The notes beneath the pieces are model-generated. The model was not told where the DNA came from. It did not search any database and saw nothing but the letters and a program-made list of their open reading frames with translations. A stretch of DNA of 32,000 nt from Candidatus Brocadia sp. (lineage in GTDB: Bacteria > Planctomycetota > Brocadiia > Brocadiales > Brocadiaceae). The translations under genes and the position numbers were made by a program. Position 1 is the first letter of the stretch, and each line of letters opens with the position of its first letter. The stretch lies in NCBI GenBank assembly GCA_021650915.1, contig CP091279.1, positions 3,120,001 to 3,152,000 of the forward strand, in the 5' to 3' direction. Positions 18,301 to 26,537 of this stretch are shown here, piece by piece.

Positions 18301-18628
18301 AGCTCCTGGTAGTGTCTATTGTTCTGCTATGTCCAGATAAAACACTACTATACCAATGGGGATCGATTATATAGAATTTAAGGCCAGCAGCATTTGGGTT
18401 GCCCCTGTAATTGCTGGTGCTGACATTACTATTTATGGCAATATAATCATAACCCATTTGCTTTGCATACCTTATATTATCTGCTGGTGTGCCTCTCCAC
18501 GAGATACCGTAAAAATTTTTCCAACCGTTGTCAGATGATTGTGCAGATGCAGTTTTTGTTTCGCTTAAAAAACACCCCTGAGTGAAGAATGCCAGGATAA
18601 GTCCTAAGAGAGGAAGGGTTGTCTTCAT
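15368..18628 (-). CDS. Large secreted/lipoprotein: unknown ~490-aa N-terminal domain + 2 x 197-aa Ig-like repeat modules + C-terminal LamG (concanavalin-A-like lectin) domain
   Basis: Signal peptide MKTTLPLLGLILAFFTQGC, with a lipobox-like Cys at residue 19. Repeats contain KTVYVWYKDATGNVS and SASDSRSGVNSVTWSN beta-sandwich-type motifs. The C-terminus (LSFDGANDYVNLG...WHHAVGVYDG...LYIDSV...VDELGIYNRALSSQEI) is a typical Laminin_G_3 pattern. Confidence 0.85.
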   Translation of the reverse strand: MKTTLPLLGLILAFFTQGCFLSETKTASAQSSDNGWKNFYGISWRGTPADNIRYAKQMGYDYIAINSNVSTSNYRGNPNAAGLKFYIIDPHWYSSVLSGHSRTIDTTRSYTAAEKAWYEQHMVWKSYEPFPNNLATGWFFGNPSIISIMWDFQQQAVIDEVVEKAITLFRSYEDTNLPFTFAGLADDVGIFTGPFFYWDNDNIQVTLAHWTGVDSGLVHSNITHEYATYTEGMAAYYKQLTARMRQEFPDAKWIMEPARLYDNRNTIYNWYIDEWIDQVKDRADRSELTPDMLTQETGNGTQFVDDSNNFNSGLSITRDEVGVSQSSRVAENENRLLAAKAGINGAWYNWFGRFGGADTMPNFQTITAVYPRLKLIRCLPNWDNLNNVPLTNRSWDGTVYRSTKSYTDPHVMYSRHPKTGKLFAVFITHNGVIKLNPGETVTSVQHVDGYFMESGDGSADVTIVGDEIRLRNEVSIPSSNGQSQGSGYIFTLLTNSMPDGSIIINSGADYTDSTTATLALSATDTTGITGYYLSTSSSVPSASAPGWTTVASSTSYSANVPYTLSSGDGSKTVYVWYKDATGNVSTTASDSITLDTTNPAVTITSPTSNSTYTITGGTVSLGGSASDSRSGVNSVTWSNNRGGSGTASGTTSWSISGITLSNGDNIITVTARDRANNTNSDIITVTRTTGDTTPPNCSVIINGGNTYTDSTTATLALSATDNTGITGYYLSTSSSVPSASAPGWTTVASSTSYSANVPYTLSSGDGSKTVYVWYKDATGNVSTTASDSITLDTTNPAVTITSPTSNSTYTITGGTVSLGGSASDSRSGVNSVTWSNNRGGSGTASGTTSWSISGITLSNGDNIITITARDRANNTNSDTITVSIPQTTMDATALYNFNEESGTIATDSSGNGNNGTIYGASWTTGRSGDGLSFDGANDYVNLGDPLSLQPNTVSVSVWFKTTDSNGIILRKRPYGYGLEVRSSGRISFWIYNSAATLFRAISPIAYNDNAWHHAVGVYDGSRVRLYIDSVQVASASAGTICYTAGGIAIGRDGNFNGSYFSGLVDELGIYNRALSSQEISDLFNAL
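15994..17175. repeat. Intragenic tandem duplication, period 591 bp (2 copies)
   Basis: 15994-16510 aligns with 16585-17101 at an offset of exactly 591 bp. By eye I count about 5 mismatches in 517 bp. The remainder of each unit is diverged. Confidence 0.9.
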
Positions 18629-19229
18629 ACATGTTTCTCCTGTAAAAAGATTAATAAATCAAATAGACCGCCGGGCATTCTTCCTTAACTGAAGAACCCA
18701 GGGCATTACTTCTCAATTTCGTGGCTGATTTACCCCCTGTTTTTCAATTAGTAAAAATGACATGAAATTACAAAAAAACAATATTTTATGTAATTTTATT
18801 ACGACACCACTTTTAATCAGTGCGATGGCAAAATTAAAACCAGATGCGGAAACAAGCAACAACTATCTTCGGTTTATTTGCAAAAAAGTTGAAGCATATC
18901 AAAACTTTAAAACCTTTAAAAGTCGGTAAAGAGGGTATTAAAAAATGCTTCAAATCATTTATTCATGCGGAGAATAGGAGATGGAGAGAGTAGTAAAGTA
19001 TGAAAGCTTGTATACATAGTGTTTCCGTTCAAACACTAATAGTAGGGCATGGATAATAGCTTCTGAACAAAGAAGGGTTTTTGTGGTTCTCTGGACGGAG
19101 AATGTAAGCTGATAAAGCATGAAAATTCTGTAAATCGAGACAGAGATGAAAAAGGATGGTAAGGTGGGCCGAACATCTTGAAACAGTGAATGAAAAGTTG
19201 ACCTTCGCTATTCGAATTGTATAGTGCGG

Positions 19230-20081
19230 TCAACGGGTTAATGCCTGGTACTTATCATGGAAAAGGCTTGTTATGACGTCTGGCACAAGTTTCCCTATGG
19301 GGTGTTCATTAATTTTGGAGACAGGCATCACTTCCATCAGAGAGTTGGTAAGAAAGACTTCATCGGCCGCCAATACCCTTTCTAATCCAAACAGCTCTTC
19401 CGTTACCGGTACGCCGTTTTCTTTGCAGAGTTCCATGATGACCCCGCGGGTAACGCCGGGCAGGAGATTTGCCTTCAGGGAAGGAGTGATAACGGCATTT
19501 CTTTCAACGATGAAGACATTGCTAACAGCACACTCGGTGATGTGGTTCTCGGTATTCATAATAAGCGCATCATGGGCGCCCTGGTCAACAGCCTCTTTCT
19601 TAATAAGATAATTCGTCAAATAGCTGAGCGTCTTATGCTTTGCGATGGGACACGTGGTGCTTCTCCTGACAGAGGAGATAACAAGCGATACACCTGTTTT
19701 ATAGAGTGAGGCAGGATAAGCAGTAAGCGGTTTTGTATGAATCAAAAAGGTGGGTTGGCATATACCTGCCGTAATGAGGCCATTCATTCCAAATCCGCGA
19801 GACAATGTCATCCGGACATAGGCATTCTGCAGGCCATTCCTGGTAAGGAGTTCTTCAATAATTTGTTGCAGGTTTTGAGCTGTATAACGAAAAGGGATAT
19901 CAAAATACCGTGCAGAATTTACGAGGCGGGTGAAATGGGCATCGAGCCGAAAGGGTTTTCTGTCATAGACTCTCAGGGTTTCGAAAAGTCCATCCCCATA
20001 AAGAAAACCCCGGTCTAGGACCTGCAATTTGCCGGCTGTTTCTTCTATGAAAGCATTATTTAAGAAGATAACGCTGGACAT
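19230..20081 (-). CDS. pabC: Class IV aminotransferase fold; probable aminodeoxychorismate lyase
   Basis: 283 aa. DRGFLYGDGLFETLRVY N-terminal motif and the ...PGVTRG... motif of fold-type IV PLP enzymes. It lies 25 bp downstream of a PabB-like gene on the same strand. A branched-chain or D-amino-acid aminotransferase is not excluded. Confidence 0.65.
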   Translation of the reverse strand: MSSVIFLNNAFIEETAGKLQVLDRGFLYGDGLFETLRVYDRKPFRLDAHFTRLVNSARYFDIPFRYTAQNLQQIIEELLTRNGLQNAYVRMTLSRGFGMNGLITAGICQPTFLIHTKPLTAYPASLYKTGVSLVISSVRRSTTCPIAKHKTLSYLTNYLIKKEAVDQGAHDALIMNTENHITECAVSNVFIVERNAVITPSLKANLLPGVTRGVIMELCKENGVPVTEELFGLERVLAADEVFLTNSLMEVMPVSKINEHPIGKLVPDVITSLFHDKYQALTR

Positions 20082-20106
20082 TGCTCTTATCGTGCACTGG
20101 TAATAT

Positions 20107-21537
20107 TCATGGAATTACGCGCTTTTTTAATGAATTAATGAGGGCCCTGGCCTTATGCAGGGTTTCTTCGTACTCCTCTTCTTCATCGGAATCTGCCACA
20201 ATACCGCTTCCTACCTGGAAGTACACGGTGTTGCCTTTCATGATAAACGTACGTATGGCGATATTGAGGTCTGCATTCCCGTTAAAGCCGATATAACCAA
20301 TAGCTCCCGTGTAGACGCTTCGCTGGGTTGGTTCCAGTTCATCGATGATCTGCATAGCACGGATCTTTGGCGCCCCGGTAATAGAACCTCCGGGAAAAGC
20401 GGCCTTTAACAGATCTATGAAATCATGCCGTTCATATAAATCACCCTCGATCGTGGCAACCAGATGATATACGGTGGGATAGGTTTCTAAAGCCTTTCTT
20501 TCCATGACTTTGACGGAACCGTAATCACATACGCGGCCAAGGTCATTACGCTCCAGATCAATGATCATGGTAAGCTCAGCATCGTCCTTTGGACTCGAAA
20601 GCAATGCTTGTTTCATCATCTCGTCAGTGTAAATATCCTTGCCTCGTGGCCTCGTGCCCTTGATGGGACGGGTTTGAACATGCCTTGCATTCATTTTAAG
20701 AAATCGTTCCGGCGATGAACTGATAATGGCAGCCTCGTCAAAAGCCAGATATCCCGAAAACGGCGCTGGATTTATCGAACGTAAATTTTTATACAGTTCA
20801 TACGGCGGGATATCAACCTGCGTCTCTATTCGTTGTGAGAGATTGACCTGGTAGACATCGCCGGCGGTAATGTAAGCCTTAATACGCCGGATTGCATTCA
20901 GATAGAGCTCTTTTGAGAAGTTAAATTTCAGCGTGGGTTCTGATATTTCCGGACCGGATTTGGGATATTCCGGTTCACCTGTTCCATCGGATTTTCTGCG
21001 TAATATCTCATCGATGTGTTTCATTCTGTCTTGGAGGGTATCGTCCAGACCAAAATCTGCCCCGATTACATAACATTTTTGCAGGAAGGTGTCGTAGGCT
21101 ATAATCGTATCATAAAATCCCAGATACATATCGGGCAGGCCAAGATCGTCAACCATCCGTGTGGTTAGCCGTTCTATAAAAGAACGCAGGTCATAACCAA
21201 AATATCCAACCACACCGCATTCGAAAGGGACGGATTCCGTGGCGTTCTTCAGAGAAAACTGCCTGAGTAGCTCACGGAGATGCTCAAAGGGGTTTCCTTC
21301 AATTTCAAGGACACCATTATGGTCAGTTAAGGTGATCTTGCAGTGTTTTGCCTTCATTACCAAAAAAGGATTAAAACCTAAAAAGGAGTATCTCGAAATC
21401 CCTTTTACCGGCAAGGCGCTGTCGAGAAAAAACAGGTGTGTTTGTGAAGAAAATCTGCAAAATGCCTCTAACGGGGTGCAGGCATTTCTGACTTCCTGGA
21501 TAAAAACTTCACCGACAATATTTTTGCTGGAATCCAT
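20107..21537 (-). CDS. pabB: Aminodeoxychorismate synthase component I (chorismate-utilising enzyme family)
   Basis: SPERFLKMNARHVQTRPIKGTRPRG, PKDDAELTMIIDLERNDLGRV, FPGGSITGAPKIRAMQIIDELE, RSVYTGAIGY. The PabB assignment over TrpE rests on size (476 aa) and the adjacent class IV lyase. Confidence 0.75.
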   Translation of the reverse strand: MDSSKNIVGEVFIQEVRNACTPLEAFCRFSSQTHLFFLDSALPVKGISRYSFLGFNPFLVMKAKHCKITLTDHNGVLEIEGNPFEHLRELLRQFSLKNATESVPFECGVVGYFGYDLRSFIERLTTRMVDDLGLPDMYLGFYDTIIAYDTFLQKCYVIGADFGLDDTLQDRMKHIDEILRRKSDGTGEPEYPKSGPEISEPTLKFNFSKELYLNAIRRIKAYITAGDVYQVNLSQRIETQVDIPPYELYKNLRSINPAPFSGYLAFDEAAIISSSPERFLKMNARHVQTRPIKGTRPRGKDIYTDEMMKQALLSSPKDDAELTMIIDLERNDLGRVCDYGSVKVMERKALETYPTVYHLVATIEGDLYERHDFIDLLKAAFPGGSITGAPKIRAMQIIDELEPTQRSVYTGAIGYIGFNGNADLNIAIRTFIMKGNTVYFQVGSGIVADSDEEEEYEETLHKARALINSLKKRVIP

Positions 21538-21925
21538 GGATATTATGAGACTTTGTTAGACCGTGACTGGTTCATAGGAAACGCCGGTTTCTTTTTTATA
21601 CAGAATTTTCTTGTTTTCAAGGAAATCGGGAAATCTTGTGCCCGGTGAATAATTCTAGATATGGTGCAAAATTTTGTCAAGGCAAATCGCCGGTAAAGTG
21701 CCTTAAAATGCCTTATTTATCCTTGTCATTTTTTTGTGGGTATGCTAACATACAAACAAGCTTCAATCGTTTTTTGTTTTCAGACGGAAGGGGTGGGAAG
21801 GCAAACTACGTTGTCTTTTAACCTTTCCGATTTGGTTTACGGTAAACGGTTCCTGCTTTCTTCCGGTCGTGAAAGCGGTGTTTGAAACTTATGGCGATTT
21901 GATTTTTTAGTGATGGGGCAGATCT

Positions 21926-22795
21926 ATGCAGAGCTGCATTGATAAATACCTTGTTCACCTTGAGCACAACAGGAATTTTTCATCACAGACTTTACGGGCT
22001 TATCGAAATGATTTATATCAGTATCTTGCGTTTCTTCTTGAGGAAGGTTGCCGTGATCTTGAAAGTGTTACCCGTTTGTTGTTGCGAAGGTTTCTCGCCT
22101 TTTTAAAAAAACGGGATTATTCGAAAACCACGATTGCCAGAAAGCTGGTGTCAATCCGATCTCTTTATAAATTCTTGTGCCGTGAGGGAGTTTTAAAATG
22201 TAATCCTGCAGAGAACATTCGGGCTCCAAAGCTGGAAAAAAAACTACCCGGTTTTATGAGTGTCAGGCAGATCGAAACGCTCCTAAATCTTCCGGGCCTG
22301 AGTACGGTGACAGGCATTCGTGACCGGGCTATTATGGAGACATTGTACAGCACGGGTATGAGAGTAAGTGAATTAGTGGGAACTGACGTTTCGGACATAG
22401 ACTTTTTCAATGAAGTTGTCAAAGTAAAAGGGAAAGGCAGGAAGGAACGTTTACAACCTATCGGGAATCATGCCTTGGACGCTATACGATCGTATCTCAA
22501 GGAAAGAGGGTCTGATAAGAAAGCGCTCTTTTTAAACAATCGCGGTGGCCGTTTGACTGAGCGCAGTGTGGCACGGATGCTGGAAAAATATGTAAAAATT
22601 GCCGGTTTAAGCCTTGCTATTTCTCCCCATACCTTTCGCCACAGCTTTGCAACCCATTTGCTGGACAACGGTGCTGATCTGCGATCTGTCCAGGAGCTGC
22701 TGGGGCATGCCAATCTTTCCTCAACGCAAATCTATACTCATATTACTACAGAACGGTTGAAGCAGGTGTATGATAAGGCGCATCCCAGGGCATAA
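21926..22795 (+). CDS. xerC: Tyrosine recombinase, XerC/XerD family
   Basis: 289 aa. N-terminal SAM-like core-binding motif (LRAYRNDLYQYLAFL) and catalytic RHSFATHLLDNGADLRSVQELLGHANLSSTQIYTH. XerC and XerD cannot be told apart by eye. Confidence 0.75.
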   Translation: MQSCIDKYLVHLEHNRNFSSQTLRAYRNDLYQYLAFLLEEGCRDLESVTRLLLRRFLAFLKKRDYSKTTIARKLVSIRSLYKFLCREGVLKCNPAENIRAPKLEKKLPGFMSVRQIETLLNLPGLSTVTGIRDRAIMETLYSTGMRVSELVGTDVSDIDFFNEVVKVKGKGRKERLQPIGNHALDAIRSYLKERGSDKKALFLNNRGGRLTERSVARMLEKYVKIAGLSLAISPHTFRHSFATHLLDNGADLRSVQELLGHANLSSTQIYTHITTERLKQVYDKAHPRA

Positions 22796-22846
22796 AAACC
22801 AATTCCACAAAAATGGTGATACTGTTGGATTGTCCTGGTTTTCCAG

Positions 22847-23506
22847 TTGTCGGTATCTTCAATCTTGAGCATAGTTGTTGCTGTTGACCCGTGGCATGAG
22901 GAGGATATTGCGCTGCTGCACATCACTGCAGATATTATAGGAAATACAATTGCGCACAAACAATCAGAGGCCCTTGTCACCTATATGGCCTACTATGATA
23001 TCCTGACTGCCTTACCCAGCCGCAACCTGTTTCAAGACCGATTGAAAGTGGCTTTGGTTCATGCAAAGCGCTATAAAAAGCTGGTAGCGGTTATGATTCT
23101 TGATCTGGATCATTTCAAAAGTATCAATGATACATTAGGCCATTATATGGGCGATTTGTTGCTAAAAAGGTTTGCAGAGCGACTGACACAATGCGTGCGC
23201 AGGGGTGATACGGTTGCTCGTACGGGCGGTGATGAATTTACCATTCTCCTGCCTGATTTGGTTCATGCGCTTAATACGGTTATTGTTGCAAGCAAAATTA
23301 TTGATGCACTCAATCAGCCGTTCAGACTCGAAGGCCATGAAATTCATACCACCACCAGCATTGGTATCAGCCTCTATCCGTTCGATGCAGAGAGTCCGGA
23401 AGAACTGATCAAAAAGGCAGACATTGCCATGTACCTTTCCAAGGCACGCGGCAAAAATACCTACCGTTTTTACAAGTCTGACATGAATAACAAAAGAAAT
23501 ACGTGA
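22847..23506 (+). CDS. GGDEF diguanylate cyclase domain protein preceded by only the last helix of a GAF-like sensor (apparent 5' truncation)
   Basis: DPWHEEDIALLHITADIIGNTIAHKQSE looks like a GAF C-terminal helix. DILTALPSRNLF, LDLDHFKSINDTLGH and ARTGGDEFTILL are present, with an RRGD I-site five residues upstream of GGDEF. The frame opens only at 22820, the listed start is TTG, and the xerC stop is at 22795. Confidence 0.75.
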   Translation: MSVSSILSIVVAVDPWHEEDIALLHITADIIGNTIAHKQSEALVTYMAYYDILTALPSRNLFQDRLKVALVHAKRYKKLVAVMILDLDHFKSINDTLGHYMGDLLLKRFAERLTQCVRRGDTVARTGGDEFTILLPDLVHALNTVIVASKIIDALNQPFRLEGHEIHTTTSIGISLYPFDAESPEELIKKADIAMYLSKARGKNTYRFYKSDMNNKRNT

Positions 23507-23604
23507 AACAGGTTGCGAGTCCATGTTCCTGCATACGCAATCGTCTTTGCCGCATCCTGTCAGATTGTATTTGATAATTGTCATATCCGTGATAAAATTA
23601 CCAC

Positions 23605-24645
23605 ATGAAAAATGGAGTTTCTTCTCTTCACCTGAAACCCTGTCTTTTAAAACACCGGTTTTACCCGTTTCGTGAATACCTGAAGGAACATTTTCCCTAT
23701 AAGGTGCACAAGATTCCGCTTCATGCCGGTTTTACGTGTCCGAATCGCGATGGGCGCGTTGCAGTGGGTGGTTGTACATACTGCATCAATGAAAGTTTTA
23801 GTCCCAACGTCAAAGGACATTCTCTTCCGGTAAGAGAGCAAATTGAAAGAGGTAAGGAATTCCATAAAAAGAGATATGGAGCAGAGAAATTTATCGCGTA
23901 TTTCCAGTCTTTTACCAATACGTACGCTGATGTTGAAACGTTAAGATCCTGTTATGAAGAGGCGCTGAGTGACGGAGATGTTGTGGGACTTTCCATCGGC
24001 ACGAGACCGGACTGTATCTCGGATGAGATTTTAGGTCTTATCGATGGTTATACAAAGAAATATCACGTTTGGATCGAATATGGGCTTCAATCCATTCACG
24101 ATAAGACTTTAAGGCGAATTAACCGGGGGCATGATTCCAGGACATTTCTGGATGCCATACAGCGCACAAAAAAAACTTGCATCAATATATGTGTTCATGT
24201 TATTTTAGGACTACCCGGCGAGACGGAGGAAGAGATGATGGAAACCGCCGAGACAGTAGCACGTTTGGGTATACAGGGGGTAAAGCTGCATCACTTGTAT
24301 GTGGCCAAAAATACCGCACTGGCTGAGGAGTATTTTCAAGGAAAAGTGCAAACCCTGAACAGGAATGCGTACATCAAGCTTGCTGTCGGTTTTTTAGAGC
24401 GCATCCCATCTGATGTTACTGTACAAAGGCTCGTCGGCGATACGCATGGCAATTTTCTCCTGTCACCCGTATGGAAGGCCAGTAAGGCGGAGATTACTAA
24501 CGGGATAACGCAGGAATTTGAGCGTCGCGGCACGTATCAGGGCTTACAGTATGCCAGATCCATCGCTGTGATGAAACATGCGATTTCCTGTTCTTCAAAA
24601 ATCATGGGGGAACGAGATTTAGAAGTGTTGGATTACACATCATAA
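23605..24645 (+). CDS. TIGR01212 (YhcC-like) family radical SAM protein
   Basis: HAGFTCPNRDGRVAVGGCTYC cluster motif and the IEYGLQSIHDKTLRRINRGH and KLHHLYV motifs typical of the YhcC family. Confidence 0.8.
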   Translation: MKNGVSSLHLKPCLLKHRFYPFREYLKEHFPYKVHKIPLHAGFTCPNRDGRVAVGGCTYCINESFSPNVKGHSLPVREQIERGKEFHKKRYGAEKFIAYFQSFTNTYADVETLRSCYEEALSDGDVVGLSIGTRPDCISDEILGLIDGYTKKYHVWIEYGLQSIHDKTLRRINRGHDSRTFLDAIQRTKKTCINICVHVILGLPGETEEEMMETAETVARLGIQGVKLHHLYVAKNTALAEEYFQGKVQTLNRNAYIKLAVGFLERIPSDVTVQRLVGDTHGNFLLSPVWKASKAEITNGITQEFERRGTYQGLQYARSIAVMKHAISCSSKIMGERDLEVLDYTS

Positions 24646-24654
24646 AAATCTAAA

Positions 24655-24728
24655 GCGGGCGTAATTCAGTGGTAGAATACCAGCTTCCCAAGCTGGGTAT
24701 GAGGGTTCGATTCCCTTCGCCCGCTCCA
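24655..24728 (+). tRNA. tRNA-Gly (anticodon CCC), CCA encoded
   Basis: The cloverleaf can be read directly. Acceptor gcgggcg/cgcccgc, anticodon stem ccagc/gctgg with loop ttCCCaa, T-arm gaggg-ttcgatt-ccctt, and a 3' tcca. Confidence 0.9.
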
Positions 24729-24754
24729 TTCTAAAAAACGGAGGATGATGTCTC

Positions 24755-25273
24755 GTGATATTACCATTGCAAATTACCTCGCGAAATTTAGAACTCACCG
24801 AAGCAATTGAGTCGAATATCCGTGAGCACGCAGAAAAGTTAGATAAGTATTACAGCAGAATTACGAGCTGCAGGGTCATGGTAGAGGCTCTTCCCCACAG
24901 ATCATTGTACAATCTGCGTATCGACATAACAGTTCCTGGCGCAGAGATTGTGGTGAAACTCGATCCCAATAAAGATCTTTATCTTGCCATACGAGATGCC
25001 TTTCGTGATATCTGCCGTAAGCTGGAGGACTTTGCCAGAAGGCAGCGGGGGGATGTGAAACAACACGCGGAAGCGCTCCGTGGGCTTATCAAAACGCTGT
25101 TTTCGGATCAGGGCTATGGCTTCCTTGCCACGATGGATGGCCGCGAGATCTATTTCCACGAGCATAGTGTTAAGAACTATGAATTTAAACACCTGACCGT
25201 TGGTATGGAGGTGCGTTTTGCTGAAGAAATGGGCGAAAAAGGGCCACAGGCGACGTATGTGAAAGTGATCTGA
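24755..25273 (+). CDS. hpf: Ribosome hibernation factor (HPF/RaiA, S30AE family) fused to a C-terminal cold-shock-like (CSD/OB) domain
   Basis: GTG start lies 9 nt after ggagga. The N-terminus ITSRNLELTEAIESNIREHAEKLDKYYSRITSCRVMVE is the S30AE pattern. The C-terminus GLIKTLFSDQGYGFLATMDGREIYFHEHSV...GMEVRFAEEMGEKGPQATYV follows the CspA pattern (GxVKxFxxxKGFGFI...VFxHxS). Confidence 0.7.
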   Translation: MILPLQITSRNLELTEAIESNIREHAEKLDKYYSRITSCRVMVEALPHRSLYNLRIDITVPGAEIVVKLDPNKDLYLAIRDAFRDICRKLEDFARRQRGDVKQHAEALRGLIKTLFSDQGYGFLATMDGREIYFHEHSVKNYEFKHLTVGMEVRFAEEMGEKGPQATYVKVI

Positions 25274-25293
25274 AGCGTTGGTTTATAGTATTA

Positions 25294-25329
25294 TCTTGCA
25301 AAAACTTCTTTTTTAAGAAGTTTTTGCAA
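25294..25329 (+). promoter_or_regulatory. Perfect 16-bp stem / UUUU-loop hairpin between hpf and the M48 peptidase gene
   Basis: cttgcaaaaacttctt tttt aagaagtttttgcaag. It starts 20 nt after the hpf stop. Its 3' arm runs into the aaggggg RBS of the M48 gene (ATG 25342). No U-tract follows. Confidence 0.55.
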
Positions 25330-25341
25330 GGGGGTTGTATT

Positions 25342-26079
25342 ATGGTATTACCCAAAAGTCTGCTTTTTCATATAGCCATTCCTGCAATTATTTTCTTCTC
25401 CCCAGACCCGTTGAGTATAGCAGGCGATGATTGGCAACTCCATAATCCGCCTGCGGAAATAAGCGATGCAGAAGAGGTTGAGCTGGGAAAACACGTTGAT
25501 GAGTATATCCGACATCAGTTTTATCTGGAAGACGACCCTGATTTTAATCAAGTCGTAAATAGCATCGTGCAAAGGGTAGTTGCCGCTTCCGACCGAAATA
25601 CCCTCCCCTTTACCTGTGTCATCCTGCAATCTCTTTCAATTAACGCATTTTCCGCCCCCGGTGGCTACATCTATCTGACTTATGGTTTATTAAAGTTTGC
25701 GCAAACGGAAGATGAGGTAGCAGGAATTATTGGTCATGAAGTTGCCCACGTATCCCTGAGACATGCCTCAAGGCTATACCACGAGGTTATGGAAATTAAT
25801 TCCCGCGATGAAAAAGAGCTTCATTCCATGACAAAGGTATTACTTTTGTATAGCCACCTTGAAGAGTTTGAACAGGATGCGGATACCAAGGGTATCTTGT
25901 ATGCGCAAAAAGCCGGGTTTAATCCCAAAGGACTATTGGATTTTTTGGAAAGACACCTCAATTTTATGATGCATCAGAGACTGTTTGGTATGTTCGATTC
26001 TGCTTTTACCGCTGCGATTACGGCAAGATTGAACCATTTAAGAGAGTGTCTGTCCAGCTTAGAAAGGAGCAATAATTAG
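25342..26079 (+). CDS. M48-family zinc metallopeptidase (secreted or membrane-anchored)
   Basis: N-terminal hydrophobic segment. NAFSAPGGYIYLTYGLL and IIGHEVAHVSLRH (HExxH) are typical of peptidase M48. ATG 25342 is preferred over the upstream TTG at 25324. Confidence 0.8.
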   Translation: MVLPKSLLFHIAIPAIIFFSPDPLSIAGDDWQLHNPPAEISDAEEVELGKHVDEYIRHQFYLEDDPDFNQVVNSIVQRVVAASDRNTLPFTCVILQSLSINAFSAPGGYIYLTYGLLKFAQTEDEVAGIIGHEVAHVSLRHASRLYHEVMEINSRDEKELHSMTKVLLLYSHLEEFEQDADTKGILYAQKAGFNPKGLLDFLERHLNFMMHQRLFGMFDSAFTAAITARLNHLRECLSSLERSNN

Positions 26080-26291
26080 GCTGCTTCGTACGATGCAAGA
26101 TATCACCGGCAAGAGGCACATTCCATGGCCAAGGCACGCACCTGAAGTGGACCGAGCGATCATGATGCGAAGAGGCCGAAGGCTCACAAACGAGTACAAA
26201 AATATATTTTCGCACGAAGACTCTCATTTACTCAGAATCGTGCGCTTTCACAGAAAGCCTGGTGTATATAGCACAAAACCACGATAGCCTT

Positions 26292-26537
26292 TTAGCTCTT
26301 TTCCTGTTGCAGCATATGGAAAAGCTCATCTTTTAAGGCAAGCCTACGCTTCTTAAGATCTTCCAGTGTCGTGTCTGAAGCGGGTTCAATATCATTTTCA
26401 ATCCGGTAAATTTCCTTGTCGAGTTTATGGTAGTTATCAAAGAGTCTTTTAAAGTGACTATTGGTCATCTTAAGATCATGAATCTTTTCGCGATATTCAG
26501 GGAATTCATGAACCAGGTCGTGATGTTCATATTGCAT
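26292..26537 (-). CDS. DUF465 (YdcH-like) small coiled-coil protein
   Basis: 81 aa. HDLVHEFPEYREKIHDLKMTNSHFKRLFDNYHKLDKEIYRIE ... LKKRRLALKDEL matches the YdcH/DUF465 pattern. Confidence 0.75.
   Translation of the reverse strand: MQYEHHDLVHEFPEYREKIHDLKMTNSHFKRLFDNYHKLDKEIYRIENDIEPASDTTLEDLKKRRLALKDELFHMLQQEKS

Noticed and set aside
19036-19233. 65-aa minus-strand ORF downstream of pabC
   Set aside because: It overlaps the pabC stop, has no RBS or motifs, and lies in an intergenic region with mixed composition.
21577-21600. Terminator-like hairpin gaaac-gccg-gtttc followed by tttttt on the plus strand, upstream of pabB
   Set aside because: The stem is only 5 bp and no plus-strand gene ends upstream of it. 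On the pabB (minus) strand it has no U-tract. It was not called as a terminator or riboswitch.
21926-24728. xerC-like recombinase plus tRNA-Gly as an integrase/tRNA genomic-island boundary
   Set aside because: The recombinase has housekeeping XerC/D size and motifs (289 aa), not those of a P4-type integrase. It is 1.9 kb from the tRNA with ordinary genes between. I found no repeat of the tRNA 3' end elsewhere in the window.
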